DNA of 64,000 nucleotides from Nitrospirales bacterium (GCA_963555755.3 OY820905.2:4480001-4544000), one strand, 5' to 3'. Counted from the first letter of the stretch, positions 10,120 to 20,398 are shown. Made by a program: numbers and translations. The notes: a model not told the origin generated them from the sequence alone.

Positions 10120-11011
10120 TGGCTTGGTGCTTGATCGTGTCAATGAGTTTGATGTGATTGAGTGCCTGTCTTGTGGTTACAAACATGTCGTGCCGATTCC
10201 CACTCAAGAGGAATTAGAGCAGGTCTATCGTGAAGATTATTATTCTCATGAAAAACCCTTGTATTTGGATGAACATCAGGAAGATTTGGATTGGTGGAAT
10301 CTTGTCTATGACGAACGCTATGACTACCTAGAGTCTCAACTTCCAGGGGAATCAAGAAGTCTTGTAGATATTGGCTCTGGGCCAGGCTATTTTCTTCTTC
10401 GAGGAAAGGCCCGTGGGTGGAAAACGACTGGAGTTGAGCCGTCAAAGCGTGCGGCCGCTCATAGCCGAGACCTTGGGTTAGATGTTCGAGAAGGGTTTGT
10501 GGATGAGCCCTTGGTGAAATCGTTGGGTACTTTCGATGTGGTCTATTTGCATGAGGTATTGGAACATATCCCGAATCCTGCTTCTTTGTTATCGATCGTG
10601 ACTCAATTACTCAAACCTGGAGGCATTCTGTGTGTCATTGTTCCCAATGATTATAATCCCCTTCAAAAGGCACTGAGAACGACCATGAACTTTGAGCCCT
10701 GGTGGCTCGCGCCACCGCATCATATTAATTATTTTGATCATGAGTCGTTGCTGACATTGTTGAAAAACCAGGGGTTCGGCATTCTTTCCCGAAGCTCCAC
10801 GTTTCCGATTGAATTGTTTCTGCTGATGGGGATGAACTATGTCGGAGATTCCTCCATGGGGCGCATGGTTCATCGGCAAAGAAAAAACATGGAATTGAAC
10901 CTGACAAAAATTGGTTGTGCTGAATGGAAACAACGTACATACCAGGCATTTGCGCAACAAGGCATTGGTCGAGAGGTTGTCGTGTACGCACGCTTGGCCT
11001 CGTTCGAATAA
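10076..11011 (+). CDS. Class I SAM-dependent methyltransferase with N-terminal CxxC
   Basis: ECLSCGY, LVDIGSGPG, GVEPS, EVLEHIPNP, LKPGG, PPHHINYF. Confidence 0.88.
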   Translation: MAREMESSRQWQQHSGLVLDRVNEFDVIECLSCGYKHVVPIPTQEELEQVYREDYYSHEKPLYLDEHQEDLDWWNLVYDERYDYLESQLPGESRSLVDIGSGPGYFLLRGKARGWKTTGVEPSKRAAAHSRDLGLDVREGFVDEPLVKSLGTFDVVYLHEVLEHIPNPASLLSIVTQLLKPGGILCVIVPNDYNPLQKALRTTMNFEPWWLAPPHHINYFDHESLLTLLKNQGFGILSRSSTFPIELFLLMGMNYVGDSSMGRMVHRQRKNMELNLTKIGCAEWKQRTYQAFAQQGIGREVVVYARLASFE

Positions 11012-11029
11012 ACGGCTTCCATATGTGAC

Positions 11030-11920
11030 GTGTTACAAAATATGAATAATTTGTATCAGGACATAGATTGCAAATTCCTTCTTATTGGACGAGGGTCAAT
11101 TGGTAGGAAGCATGAACAGAATGCCCACGTTTTAGGCGCACAGATCGTTACCGTTGATCCTGACCCAAAACAGGAAGCCGACTTTCATACTGTTGAACAG
11201 GCAATGGCTTCTTGTGGGGAAGATTTTTTCTCCCATGCCCTTGTGGCTTCTCCTGTGCAATGTCATTACGCCACCCTTCGACAGTTATTAGAGTATCGGG
11301 TGCCGGCAATTCTTGTGGAAAAACCGCTGGTGTTGCCAGAAGAACTCGCGTTAGTTCGTGCACTGTCGTCGCATTCATCACACCAATCAGTGTTTGTGGG
11401 TTTTAATTGGCGGTTTAATTCTGCAGTTCAACATCTCAAACAAGAAATAGTACGTGGTGCCCTCGGTCCCATTCATGTGGTGCAGTTGTGGGCGCGGGAA
11501 TGGGTGCCCCGTTACCATGGACATGTGGTCCTGGAAAGTGGATCTCATATTTTGGACACCGCACGGTACTTGCTTGGGAACATGAGAGTGGTCGGAGCAC
11601 ATGTGAGTCAGCATGGAATGTTGGGGGATGCCGATGAGGCTGGGTCCTTTTTATTGGAAAGTGAGTGTGGCGCTCATGTATCGGTCCATGTCAATTTTAT
11701 TCATTTCGGGTCCTATGACTATACGATTAACATTCAAGGAGAGATTGACAGTGTGAGCTGTCAACCTGATCGTTTTGAACCTATGCACCTGCGAGAGCTT
11801 GAAGCGTTTTTCCAGGGCAACCCAACGGTGTTGGCGACCTTAGACGATGGTGTGAAAAATATGGAATTATTAGAGGGCATTCTCGTGCCTGGGAGTGGTG
11901 CGATGGCACATGCGAGGTAA
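11030..11920 (+). CDS. Gfo/Idh/MocA oxidoreductase
   Basis: LIGRGSIG, ILVEKP, VGFNWRF, ESGSHILD. Confidence 0.82.
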   Translation: MLQNMNNLYQDIDCKFLLIGRGSIGRKHEQNAHVLGAQIVTVDPDPKQEADFHTVEQAMASCGEDFFSHALVASPVQCHYATLRQLLEYRVPAILVEKPLVLPEELALVRALSSHSSHQSVFVGFNWRFNSAVQHLKQEIVRGALGPIHVVQLWAREWVPRYHGHVVLESGSHILDTARYLLGNMRVVGAHVSQHGMLGDADEAGSFLLESECGAHVSVHVNFIHFGSYDYTINIQGEIDSVSCQPDRFEPMHLRELEAFFQGNPTVLATLDDGVKNMELLEGILVPGSGAMAHAR

Positions 11921-11947
11921 TGTAGGCAATCAAGGAATCTCATATCT

Positions 11948-13147
11948 ATGCTACTGGTGAATCCTCAAACCGCGTTTCAATGGACGGGGCCGTTGGATAT
12001 TAACGGGGTTCCGATGAAAGGGATCCGTGAAAAACAAGGTCATTCGTTTACTCGGATTGGATACCTGGCAGGAAAAGAATCTGCTGCCTGTGACCCTGAT
12101 GAAGTAGGGAGTCTCCATCGGCAGCAGCTTCGTCCCCTGTCCAAGCCAACGTTGCTTCAAGCTCGACAAGAATATGCTCAACGGCAGGTGCCAACTTTTC
12201 CGCGCTATTTTATTATCGAGCCGACCAATGTGTGCAATAAGGTCTGTCCCTTTTGTACCATTAATGTCATGGACCGAAGAGATGCGGATGGAAAAGTGGT
12301 CAAGGGATTTATGCCCTGGGGAACCTTCATGAGGTTGATGGAGGAAACCCGGCACTATCCGGTGTATGGAATCAGTTTGTATCAACTTGGCGAGTCGTTC
12401 CTATGGCATGGAAAAGATGAGTCAGGTCGAACACTCAATATCTCGGATATGGTCAATGCCGCAAAACGAGTTGGGGGTTTTCGTGCCGTGAATCTCTCAA
12501 CAAATGGTGACGTGCCAAACTTGGCGTGTATCTTCGATTCTGAATTGGATGATTTAATTATCTCAATCGATGGAATGACGAAACGTGTGTACGAGGAAAA
12601 CCGGCCCGGAGCTTCCGGATTGGAAACCTTTGAACGAACCATTGATCGAGTGCGTGAATTTTTGGAGGCCAAACAACAGAGGGGGCTCTCCAAACCCTTT
12701 GTCCGAATGCAAATTATCAATAAAGATAATACGGCTGATCAAATCGTGGACTTCATTCGGCATTGGATGGACGTGCCTGGAGTCGATGATGTGTTTATCA
12801 AGGATTTGGATTCGATGCGAAGTTGGTTGGGGAGCGCGGTGGTGGATGATGAGGAGGATCGTTTGAAAGCCGAGCGAGTGGCCCTCATGCCTTGTCAGCA
12901 TTTGTTTGCCATTGGGTCAATGGTGGTGAATGGTGATTTAAATGGATGCTGTCATGATGCGCAAACTCAGCTTGTTCAAACCGTGACCTTGCCGGATGGT
13001 CGGACGGGAAATGCCAACATTCACAATATGTCATTTGCCGATTGGTGGAATGGTGCGTTTATGACGGAACTGAGAGGTGAACATTGCGAGGGCCATTTCC
13101 GAATGCCTTGCCGGGATTGTCGGGAGCGTGACCCATGGTTGGGTTAA
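11948..13147 (+). CDS. Radical SAM protein with SPASM/Twitch domain
   Basis: EPTNVCNKVCPFC (CxxxCxxC), LSTNG, ISIDG, C-terminal PCQH...GCCHD...PCRDC. Confidence 0.9.
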   Translation: MLLVNPQTAFQWTGPLDINGVPMKGIREKQGHSFTRIGYLAGKESAACDPDEVGSLHRQQLRPLSKPTLLQARQEYAQRQVPTFPRYFIIEPTNVCNKVCPFCTINVMDRRDADGKVVKGFMPWGTFMRLMEETRHYPVYGISLYQLGESFLWHGKDESGRTLNISDMVNAAKRVGGFRAVNLSTNGDVPNLACIFDSELDDLIISIDGMTKRVYEENRPGASGLETFERTIDRVREFLEAKQQRGLSKPFVRMQIINKDNTADQIVDFIRHWMDVPGVDDVFIKDLDSMRSWLGSAVVDDEEDRLKAERVALMPCQHLFAIGSMVVNGDLNGCCHDAQTQLVQTVTLPDGRTGNANIHNMSFADWWNGAFMTELRGEHCEGHFRMPCRDCRERDPWLG

Positions 13148-13764
13148 AAGGAAAAACGGCTTGTCTTTCTCGAAATGGTCGAGGAGGCATTGGGTCTATT
13201 CTCCGCGAGTCTTTGATGAAGTCCGGAGTCACAATCCTGGATGATGGTGAATCTCCTGAGGCGGTAGATTTTGCTATTTGCACGGCAGGGAAAATGTTTG
13301 TGCGGGATCCGGGAACGTTGGCGGAGGATGAAGTCAATCAATTGTATGATGCGAACTATTTCTTCCCCCGAATGTTTACGGAACGGCATATCCAAGCCAT
13401 GCGGACTGCCAAGAAACCTGGAATCATTTTGCATGTGGGATCCAACGCGTCGCGATACGGAAATCTCGGCGCCGCCGATTATGCAGCGATGAAGGCCGGG
13501 CTTGCGAAGTATTTGGAATTGCGTGGGCAAAGTGTTCGAGGAGATGGCATACGGTTATCGTTGATTAATCTTGGCGCAGTGGACTCAGAGTTTTGGGGGA
13601 AGGTGTGCCAATCCGCGGATCCGGCGTTATTGAAAACCATTATGCCGGCTCCGGAAAAAGCCCTGACGTTGGAAGAAGTCTCTGACTTGCTCTTAGCGGT
13701 TCTTCAGATGCCCACACGGTTAGTTGTGAAAGATGCCCTGGTCGTGAGTGCCGACTTTCAATAA
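13135..13764 (+). CDS. Short-chain dehydrogenase/reductase
   Basis: GRGGIG, CTAG, VGS, DYAAMK (YxxxK), INLGAVDSEFW. Confidence 0.8.
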   Translation: MVGLKGKTACLSRNGRGGIGSILRESLMKSGVTILDDGESPEAVDFAICTAGKMFVRDPGTLAEDEVNQLYDANYFFPRMFTERHIQAMRTAKKPGIILHVGSNASRYGNLGAADYAAMKAGLAKYLELRGQSVRGDGIRLSLINLGAVDSEFWGKVCQSADPALLKTIMPAPEKALTLEEVSDLLLAVLQMPTRLVVKDALVVSADFQ

Positions 13765-13893
13765 ACGGGCTGTTGGTCATCTGTCCCAGTCGATTCTCGT
13801 TCTGCTTGATGAGCCTCTCTCTCTTCGTGATTCAGGGATGTGGCGAAATCAGACCTATCATGTGACCGTTACCAGGAGTGTCATCATTACGAG

Positions 13894-15135
13894 ATGAGTA
13901 GTTCTCACAAAAAGCGATTGCTCTTGGTCGGGGCAGGACAAGAACAAATTGCCGCGATCAAGGCCGCTTATGAAATGGATCTGTTTGTTATTGCGGTCGA
14001 TGGCAATCCGCGGGCTCCGGGGTTGCGACTTGCCCATCAAGGCATCTGCGGAGATATTCGAAATGTCGAATATCTGACCCAGCTTGGGAAACATGAACAC
14101 GTCCATGGGATATTTAGTCATGCCGTAGATTTGCCACATGTCGTCGCATCGGTCGCTCAACAATTAGGCCTTCCTGGACTTGCCCCTGACGTGGCCGTTC
14201 GGGCCACGAATAAGTGGCGTCGCTATCAATGTTTGGAGTCGCATGGAGTCCCGTGTCCCACGTTTGCCCTGGTGCATTCAATCGAGGAGGCACAGGGCGT
14301 GGCGGCGGAGTTTGGCTATCCTGTGGTGCTCAAGCCCTTGGAAAGTGCGGGTGCACGTGGCGTGCGTAAGGTCACTACTGTTGGTGAGCTTGATACGGCA
14401 TTCCGGTGCGCATTGAAATTTTCTTCTGAACCCTCTGTGCTTGTTGAGGAGTTTCTCCAGGGGTGGGAGATCAGCACAGAATCCGTCATCGTCGATGGCT
14501 GTATTGTGACCACGGGTTTTGCCGACCGGAATTATATCTCAAAGGAACGATTTGCTCCGTATTTCATTGAGGATGGGCATACGATTCCATCGGTTTTGCC
14601 TCATGACCAACAAGCCCGAGTGGTGAAGGTCGTTGAACAAGCCATTCGATCTCTTGATATTCACTGGGGCGTGGCAAAGGGCGATGTGATTCTTGGGGAT
14701 TCCGGCCCTGTCATTTTGGAAATGGCGCCTCGGACAAGTGGGGGACGATTTTGTGCTGACATGGTGCCGTTGGCCACAGGCATAAACATTTTGCCCACTC
14801 TTATTTCGATGGCTGTTGGTGATGAGGTTTCTGAGGGAGGACTCAGTCCAAAATTTCGACGAGGTGCCGCTCAGCGATTTATATTTCCAGACCCTGGTGA
14901 AATAGTCGGCATACATGGGGTTGAAACCGCTCGCGGTCTTCCAGGAATGTACGACGTTATGTTGCGAAATGATATGACCATGGGAAAAATGGTTTCTCCG
15001 GTGACGAATCATAGTGACCGAATTGGCCATGTGATTGCTTCTGGAGACACAAGAGAAGAAGCTGTGCGGAATGCCGAACATGCCATCCACACGATTCGAA
15101 TTGAGACGAGGTCTTTAGCCGGAGTCGAGACATGA
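13894..15135 (+). CDS. ATP-grasp ligase
   Basis: LLVGAGQEQ, YPVVLKPLESAGARGV, VEEFLQGWEIS, ILEMAPRTSGG, C-terminal DRIGHVIASG. Confidence 0.88.
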   Translation: MSSSHKKRLLLVGAGQEQIAAIKAAYEMDLFVIAVDGNPRAPGLRLAHQGICGDIRNVEYLTQLGKHEHVHGIFSHAVDLPHVVASVAQQLGLPGLAPDVAVRATNKWRRYQCLESHGVPCPTFALVHSIEEAQGVAAEFGYPVVLKPLESAGARGVRKVTTVGELDTAFRCALKFSSEPSVLVEEFLQGWEISTESVIVDGCIVTTGFADRNYISKERFAPYFIEDGHTIPSVLPHDQQARVVKVVEQAIRSLDIHWGVAKGDVILGDSGPVILEMAPRTSGGRFCADMVPLATGINILPTLISMAVGDEVSEGGLSPKFRRGAAQRFIFPDPGEIVGIHGVETARGLPGMYDVMLRNDMTMGKMVSPVTNHSDRIGHVIASGDTREEAVRNAEHAIHTIRIETRSLAGVET

Positions 15136-16337
15136 TGGGGCAGCCTGTTGAGGTGCTGATTGTCGGGACGGGGATGTATGTCTGCGGTCGTGGCACTGAC
15201 GGGTATGGGACCATCTTACCCAGTGTGATGCAAGCGTATCGTGATGGATTGGTCAGCCGAATAGTGGTCGCTGGCACCCGAGAGTCCTCCATCAAGTTTC
15301 TCAACAATCAAGTCGAGGCATTACGCCAGCAATTAGGGATTGATGTAGAGGTTGAGGGGTATCCGAAATCGGGAAATGATCCCGAGGCGTATCGAAAGGC
15401 CCTTACTCAACTTGGGCCACGAAGCTGTGTGATCGTTGCGGTGCCTGACCATCTGCATGGTCCCATCGCTCGAGAGATGTTGGAGGCGAATCAACCGGTT
15501 ATGCTCGTGAAGCCTTTCACGCCGACAGTCAAAGAAGGGCAGGAGTTATGCCAATTGGCACGGGCTAAAAATCTCTATGGGGTTGTTGAATTTCATAAGC
15601 GATGGGATTTAGCCAACAGAAAACTCCAGGAGGTGATCGAGCACAAACGATTGGGTATTCCGTTGTATGCGCTTGTAGAATTCAGTCAGCGAAAACGTGT
15701 TCCACAAGAAATATTTGGGAGTTGGGTCGAGCAGACGAATGTGTTTCAGTATCTTGGGGTTCATTATGTTGATCTCCTGGCCCATGTTTTTAAAGCGATA
15801 CCACAACGTGCCATGGCGGTTGGACAATCAGCCTATCTCAATGGTTGTGGGAAACATACGCAAGATTCCATTCAAGCAATAGTAGAGTGGGCCATTCCAG
15901 GATCGGTCACGCCGTTTGTTTCCATGTTTTTGGTGAACTGGGTAGATCCGAATTCTTCCTCCGCCATGTCCTATCAGGCGATTAAGGTTATTGGAACCAA
16001 AGGTCGTTACGAAAGTGATCAAAAATGTCGTGGCCAACAACTCGTGACAGACGATGACGGAATAGAGGACATCAATCCTTACTTCACGCAATCGTATTCC
16101 TATGGGACAGAGGGCCGAAAGGAATACCTTGGCTATGGTATTGAGAGTATTCGAACCTTTTTAGATGATGTGTGGCGCTTACTTGAAAAGACAGTCACTC
16201 TTGAGGAACTGGAACAATCCCGTCCCACCTTTCAACAGGCATTGATTTCAACAGCGGTAACCGAAGCGGTTGGGCAGAGTCTGGAGTGCGGAGGTATTTG
16301 GATACCCATAAAGAATGTGTCGGAAGCTATGGCCTGA
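15132..16337 (+). CDS. Gfo/Idh/MocA oxidoreductase
   Basis: IVGTGMY, VAVPDHLH, MLVKPF, VEFHKRWD, YLGVHYVD. Confidence 0.82.
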   Translation: MMGQPVEVLIVGTGMYVCGRGTDGYGTILPSVMQAYRDGLVSRIVVAGTRESSIKFLNNQVEALRQQLGIDVEVEGYPKSGNDPEAYRKALTQLGPRSCVIVAVPDHLHGPIAREMLEANQPVMLVKPFTPTVKEGQELCQLARAKNLYGVVEFHKRWDLANRKLQEVIEHKRLGIPLYALVEFSQRKRVPQEIFGSWVEQTNVFQYLGVHYVDLLAHVFKAIPQRAMAVGQSAYLNGCGKHTQDSIQAIVEWAIPGSVTPFVSMFLVNWVDPNSSSAMSYQAIKVIGTKGRYESDQKCRGQQLVTDDDGIEDINPYFTQSYSYGTEGRKEYLGYGIESIRTFLDDVWRLLEKTVTLEELEQSRPTFQQALISTAVTEAVGQSLECGGIWIPIKNVSEAMA

Positions 16338-16343
16338 GAGAAG
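16309..16343 (+). repeat. 35-bp direct repeat, copy 1 (3' end of the oxidoreductase gene)
   Basis: TAAAGAATGTGTCGGAAGCTATGGCCTGAGAGAAG, identical at 17059-17093. Confidence 0.95.
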
Positions 16344-16478
16344 AGGTGTTCCTCCAGATTGATGGTCTCGAGGAGGACCTCTTCGGAATGTCTCCGTGAC
16401 CACCTTGATGAAGTCCGCCGTGAGTGCCGGTGGTTGTGGCAGGAGAATACCCGTCTGCGGGGCATGAGTTTCTGGTCT

Positions 16479-16730
16479 TTACCTTGTGGTCAGAGATTCC
16501 TCAACCGCCTTTCGAATATATTTCTGGTAAGAGACGCCTTGTTCGCTGGCCTTTTTTCGGACTTCAAAAAGCAGTTCAGGGGGAAAGCGTAGATTGACCT
16601 TTTCTGTTTTCGGAAGAAATTCGAATGTCACCCGTTGGGCTTTTCTGGGGTCAATATAGTCAGTCAGATCCTGTTCCAGAAACTGTTCAACTTCTTTATC
16701 GGATTTAAATTTCGGCGATTTTTTCTTCAT
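16479..16730 (-). CDS. BrnA/CopG-like antitoxin
   Basis: PKFKSDKEVEQF...DLTDY...KVNLRFP...GVSYQKYIR (RHH-like C-terminus); overlaps the toxin gene. Confidence 0.85.
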   Translation of the reverse strand: MKKKSPKFKSDKEVEQFLEQDLTDYIDPRKAQRVTFEFLPKTEKVNLRFPPELLFEVRKKASEQGVSYQKYIRKAVEESLTTR

Positions 16731-17013
16731 ATTCCTTAGCCTCCTTCTTGTGCATGTGCCTGGCACTGATGGGCCTGATCAGTGTTTCAGCATCCTGGAT
16801 ACGAAAGGTAAAAGCTACAAGCATGGGCCTCCCTTTGGGAGACGGGCCATAGGCGATATATCTTTCTTCCGATTGGGAGTGATGGATATCCGGTATGACA
16901 AACAGGCCACTCTGCTGGAAAAATTCTTCGATTCCCTTAGGGCGAAGGCCGTGTTTACAGCACTTGTGCTTGTTGGCAGAATCCCAATCAAATCCTAGAG
17001 CCTGTATTTTCAT
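16705..17013 (-). CDS. BrnT family toxin
   Basis: GFDWDSANKHK..KHG...HSQSEERY...VAFTFR...IRPISARHM. Confidence 0.9.
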   Translation of the reverse strand: MKIQALGFDWDSANKHKCCKHGLRPKGIEEFFQQSGLFVIPDIHHSQSEERYIAYGPSPKGRPMLVAFTFRIQDAETLIRPISARHMHKKEAKEYEEKIAEI

Positions 17014-17022
17014 GTTATCATA

Positions 17023-17052
17023 AGCCTATTCTTTTGTCCATACATTTGTCAA
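17023..17052 (-). promoter_or_regulatory. Sigma-70 promoter of the brnTA cassette (near-leaderless)
   Basis: Minus strand TTGACA-N18-TAGGCT ending 9 nt before the ATG. Confidence 0.55.
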
Positions 17053-17058
17053 CTCATT

Positions 17059-17093
17059 TAAAGAATGTGTCGGAAGCTATGGCCTGAGAGAAG
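17059..17093 (+). repeat. 35-bp direct repeat, copy 2
   Basis: Identical to 16309-16343, 750 bp downstream. Confidence 0.95.
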
Positions 17094-17162
17094 GCGTGTT
17101 CTTTTCCCATCCTTCGCCATGTATTCCTCATGTTTTAACGGAAAATAACCGATAAGAATGAA

Positions 17163-19190
17163 GTGCAACTGTATGCAATTTTCCATCTGAACCTCCTGTA
17201 TTCATCCATTAAAGAAGAACAACGGTATGAAGTGCTGCACTGTTGCTATTGGCCATTACTCCGTTTGGCCCAAGACCTTAACCTTCCCATTGGCATTGAA
17301 GCCTCCGGGCTCACCCTTGAAATTGCTGAGGCTTTGGATCCTGCTTGGGTCCAGACATTGCGTCATCTAGTGACTGAGGGGTCTTGTGAATGGCTTGGTA
17401 GTGGTTACACGCAGCTGATTGGCCCTTTGGTGCCAGCTCAGGTCAATGCCAAGAATCTTCAATTAGGTCATGAAGTATATGAACGTCTTCTTGGTCTGCG
17501 CCCGAAGGTGGCGTTTGTCAATGAACAAGCGTATTCCGCAGGCCTCGTTCAGCACTACCTGAATGCCGGCTACCAAGCCATTGTGATGGAGTGGGAGAAT
17601 CCTGCCCATAATCATCCAGAGTGGGATCCAGCGTGGCAGTATCTTCCGCAACGAGCCTGTGGTTTGGATGGCGAGAGTATCCCGATAATTTGGAATACAT
17701 CCCTCTCCTTTCAAAAGTTCCAGCGTTATGTACATGGGGAAATGAACTTACCTCACTACATTGAATATGTGGCCCAACATCGTTCGGACCGTGTAAGAGC
17801 GTTTTCCGTGTATGGGAATGATGCGGAAGTTTTCGGTTTTCGCCCTGGGCGATATGAAACAGAAGCGCCTCTTCATCCGGAAAGAGAATGGACACGAATC
17901 CAGGAGGCCTTTCGTACTATTCATGCGGACCCACGATTTGAATTTGTGACACCTAGCCAAGTTCTTAACCTGGAAGCTCTTCCAGGAGCTGGTCATTATT
18001 TGACCTTGGAATCTGTTTCGAGTCCTGTCCCTGTAAAAAAACAAGCCAAGTATAACCTGCTTCGCTGGGCGGTGACGGGGCGGGATGATTCTCAAATTAA
18101 TGCAAGGTGTTGGCAAATCTATGAATGGTTTCAAGGAAAAGATTCTGTCACACCACAAGCCTGGCGAGAGTTGTGTTATCTCTGGAGCAGTGATTTCCGC
18201 ACACACATTTCTCCGAAGCGATGGCAGGCTTTTCAATCTCAATTGGAGACTGTTCAACAAGCCTTTGTGGATAAGGCTACTCAATCTCATAAGAAGAAAG
18301 AAGCCATTCCGACGAGAAGATCCTTATCCAAACAGTGGGTAATCCACCGGGATCGTACCATGGTGACGGTTGAAACAGATTGTGTAAAGCTTCGAGTAAA
18401 TTGTTTGAAAGGGTTGGCGATTGACGGGCTTTGGATAAAACAGGTATCAGATTTTCCATTAATTGGGACTCTGCCACATGGATTTTATCACGACATTTCC
18501 ATGGGAGCTGATTACTTTTCCGGACATCTCGTATTCGAATCTCCTGTGCAACCCAAGGTGACAGATTTATCACCTGTTGAGCCAATCGTTGAGTCAATGG
18601 ATGGAAATGCCGTTGTCAAGATTAGTGGCAGTATTGCCACTAAGTTCGGGATGATTCGAAAAGAATTGGTCATTGCCGGCGATGGTCAGGTCACGCTTCG
18701 ATATGATTTAGATTGGAGGGAAGTTCCCCCTGGGGCTCTTCGATTGGGCCATGTGACTCTTCATCCATCTGCCTATGATGTAGAAGATCTCATATTTGAA
18801 ACCCACAATGGTGGATATAGTCCAGAGACGTTTCCTCTAAAAGATTGTTCCGTGGATCATGGACGTCCGGTCTCATTTCTTGTATCAGCCAACAATGGTT
18901 TTGGGTACACCGAGGGAAGTTTAGTATTTCGGGATACACGAACTAGCATCCGTGTGCAAAGTCGCCAGTCCCAAGGGTATGTCATTCCTCTCTTATCTGT
19001 GCATCCCGTGTCACCTTCCTATTTTTGTCGCATCAGTTTTTCCGCCATGGAATTCGATGACACCACTCGTGATCCTATAGCCCGAACACGTCGGGAGGTG
19101 TACGAATTTATGCTTTCGGCAAAGCGGGAAACACCTTCTCGCGTTCTGCAGGATCAACAGGAAGGGATTGTATCGGCAGTATCATGTTGA
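17163..19190 (+). CDS. Glycoside hydrolase family 57-like (deacetylase/GH57 barrel) protein
   Basis: FHLNLLYSSI, CYWPLL, IEASGLTLE, GSGYTQLIGPL, VNEQAYS, YGNDAE, WSSDFRTH. Confidence 0.7.
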   Translation: MQLYAIFHLNLLYSSIKEEQRYEVLHCCYWPLLRLAQDLNLPIGIEASGLTLEIAEALDPAWVQTLRHLVTEGSCEWLGSGYTQLIGPLVPAQVNAKNLQLGHEVYERLLGLRPKVAFVNEQAYSAGLVQHYLNAGYQAIVMEWENPAHNHPEWDPAWQYLPQRACGLDGESIPIIWNTSLSFQKFQRYVHGEMNLPHYIEYVAQHRSDRVRAFSVYGNDAEVFGFRPGRYETEAPLHPEREWTRIQEAFRTIHADPRFEFVTPSQVLNLEALPGAGHYLTLESVSSPVPVKKQAKYNLLRWAVTGRDDSQINARCWQIYEWFQGKDSVTPQAWRELCYLWSSDFRTHISPKRWQAFQSQLETVQQAFVDKATQSHKKKEAIPTRRSLSKQWVIHRDRTMVTVETDCVKLRVNCLKGLAIDGLWIKQVSDFPLIGTLPHGFYHDISMGADYFSGHLVFESPVQPKVTDLSPVEPIVESMDGNAVVKISGSIATKFGMIRKELVIAGDGQVTLRYDLDWREVPPGALRLGHVTLHPSAYDVEDLIFETHNGGYSPETFPLKDCSVDHGRPVSFLVSANNGFGYTEGSLVFRDTRTSIRVQSRQSQGYVIPLLSVHPVSPSYFCRISFSAMEFDDTTRDPIARTRREVYEFMLSAKRETPSRVLQDQQEGIVSAVSC

Positions 19191-20227
19191 ATTCACCAAC
19201 ACAGGAGAACATGCTTTGTTCCGAAACAGGAAGAAGTCGTGCTGGAACTGAGCGCAAGCATATCACTATCGCCAAAGATCCGACTCGCCATTTAGCGTTC
19301 CCTGATGTGTGCCAGGCACGATCAGGTGAGATGTATGTCGTGTATCGGGACGGTCAGCAACATGTCGATCAGTCGGGTCGAGTCATGGTTGTTCAAGGAT
19401 CGGGCTCTGCCGAACAGTGGGAATTTGGTCAGCCTATGGTCGTGTGTGATACAGATTGGGATGATCGAGATCCATCCATTGTTGAACTGTCCAATGGATC
19501 GCTTCTTATTAATTTTTTTCGATTGAATATTGCGACCAAGGAATTGAAATTATCACTGACCCAGTCTTGGGATAAAGGAGAGACCTGGTCAGAGCCATGG
19601 GATGTGCACGTTCCAGGATTTACCAATACCTTGGCCGTGAGTGATGCGATTGTGGAATTGCCATCTGGAGAATGCCTGATGGCGGTCTATGGAGTATCGA
19701 ATTCAGGGGAGAGTGGATCGTTTGTGTTGAGATCCCAAGATACGGGGAAAACGTGGCCTGATGTCATACCGGTAGCCGTCGCAGACGCTCCCATTTATGA
19801 AGAGCCTGCGTTGGTGTATCGGGAGAATGGGCAACTTGTGACCTTGTTAAGAACAGATAATCGTGGGTTGGGGTATGTGTATCAGATGACTTCTTTTGAT
19901 GATGGCTACACTTGGAGTCAACCGGAACGTTTAGATCTTTGGGGATACCCTTCTGATTTGGTGGCATTGGCAAATGGTGAGTTGCTTGCCACGTATGGAT
20001 ATCGTCAGTTGCCAACCGGGATTCGATACTGTCTCGCCAAAGGACCAAACCGTTGGTCTATTCGTCAAGAAAGAATCCTTCGGTCAGATGGTCATGATGG
20101 AGGAGAGGTAGGCTATCCATCTTCTGTTGAGTTAGGAGGGGGCGAAGTTGTGACGGTCTATTATTTTACAGACCCATGTGGAGGCATGCCCTATATTGCA
20201 GGGACCGTCTTTCGATATGAATCTTAG
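19184..20227 (+). CDS. Sialidase-like beta-propeller (BNR/Asp-box), no signal peptide
   Basis: Asp-boxes SWDKGETW, SQDTGKTW, SFDDGYTW; HLAFP, DDRDPSI, YEEP, GYPSSV. Confidence 0.82.
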   Translation: MLNSPTQENMLCSETGRSRAGTERKHITIAKDPTRHLAFPDVCQARSGEMYVVYRDGQQHVDQSGRVMVVQGSGSAEQWEFGQPMVVCDTDWDDRDPSIVELSNGSLLINFFRLNIATKELKLSLTQSWDKGETWSEPWDVHVPGFTNTLAVSDAIVELPSGECLMAVYGVSNSGESGSFVLRSQDTGKTWPDVIPVAVADAPIYEEPALVYRENGQLVTLLRTDNRGLGYVYQMTSFDDGYTWSQPERLDLWGYPSDLVALANGELLATYGYRQLPTGIRYCLAKGPNRWSIRQERILRSDGHDGGEVGYPSSVELGGGEVVTVYYFTDPCGGMPYIAGTVFRYES

Positions 20228-20383
20228 GGTTCGCGCAAGAATAACTTCCCATGTTTTGGCGTCGATCCATCCCGTCTGGCGGCGTTGCTCGTCCTTTCCA
20301 TACGAGGAGTATGCGCAGTCCTCGCGCCTTGCCAGACCGGCGTCTCAGCACCCAAACAGGGGAAGTTATTCTTGCGCGAACCC
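20227..20383. mobile_element. MITE with family-B-type ends and family-A-like interior
   Basis: Perfect TIR GGGTTCGCGCAAGAATAACTTCCC; flanks TTA/ATA; located at the sialidase stop. Confidence 0.85.
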
Positions 20384-20398
20384 ATAGCAGGTACGTCT

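Noticed and set aside
20285..20398. N-terminal extensions of Maf (also waaA 52482, waaF 55127, pseB 3109)
   Set aside because: Extensions run through MITE, repeat or promoter DNA; downstream starts fit the families better
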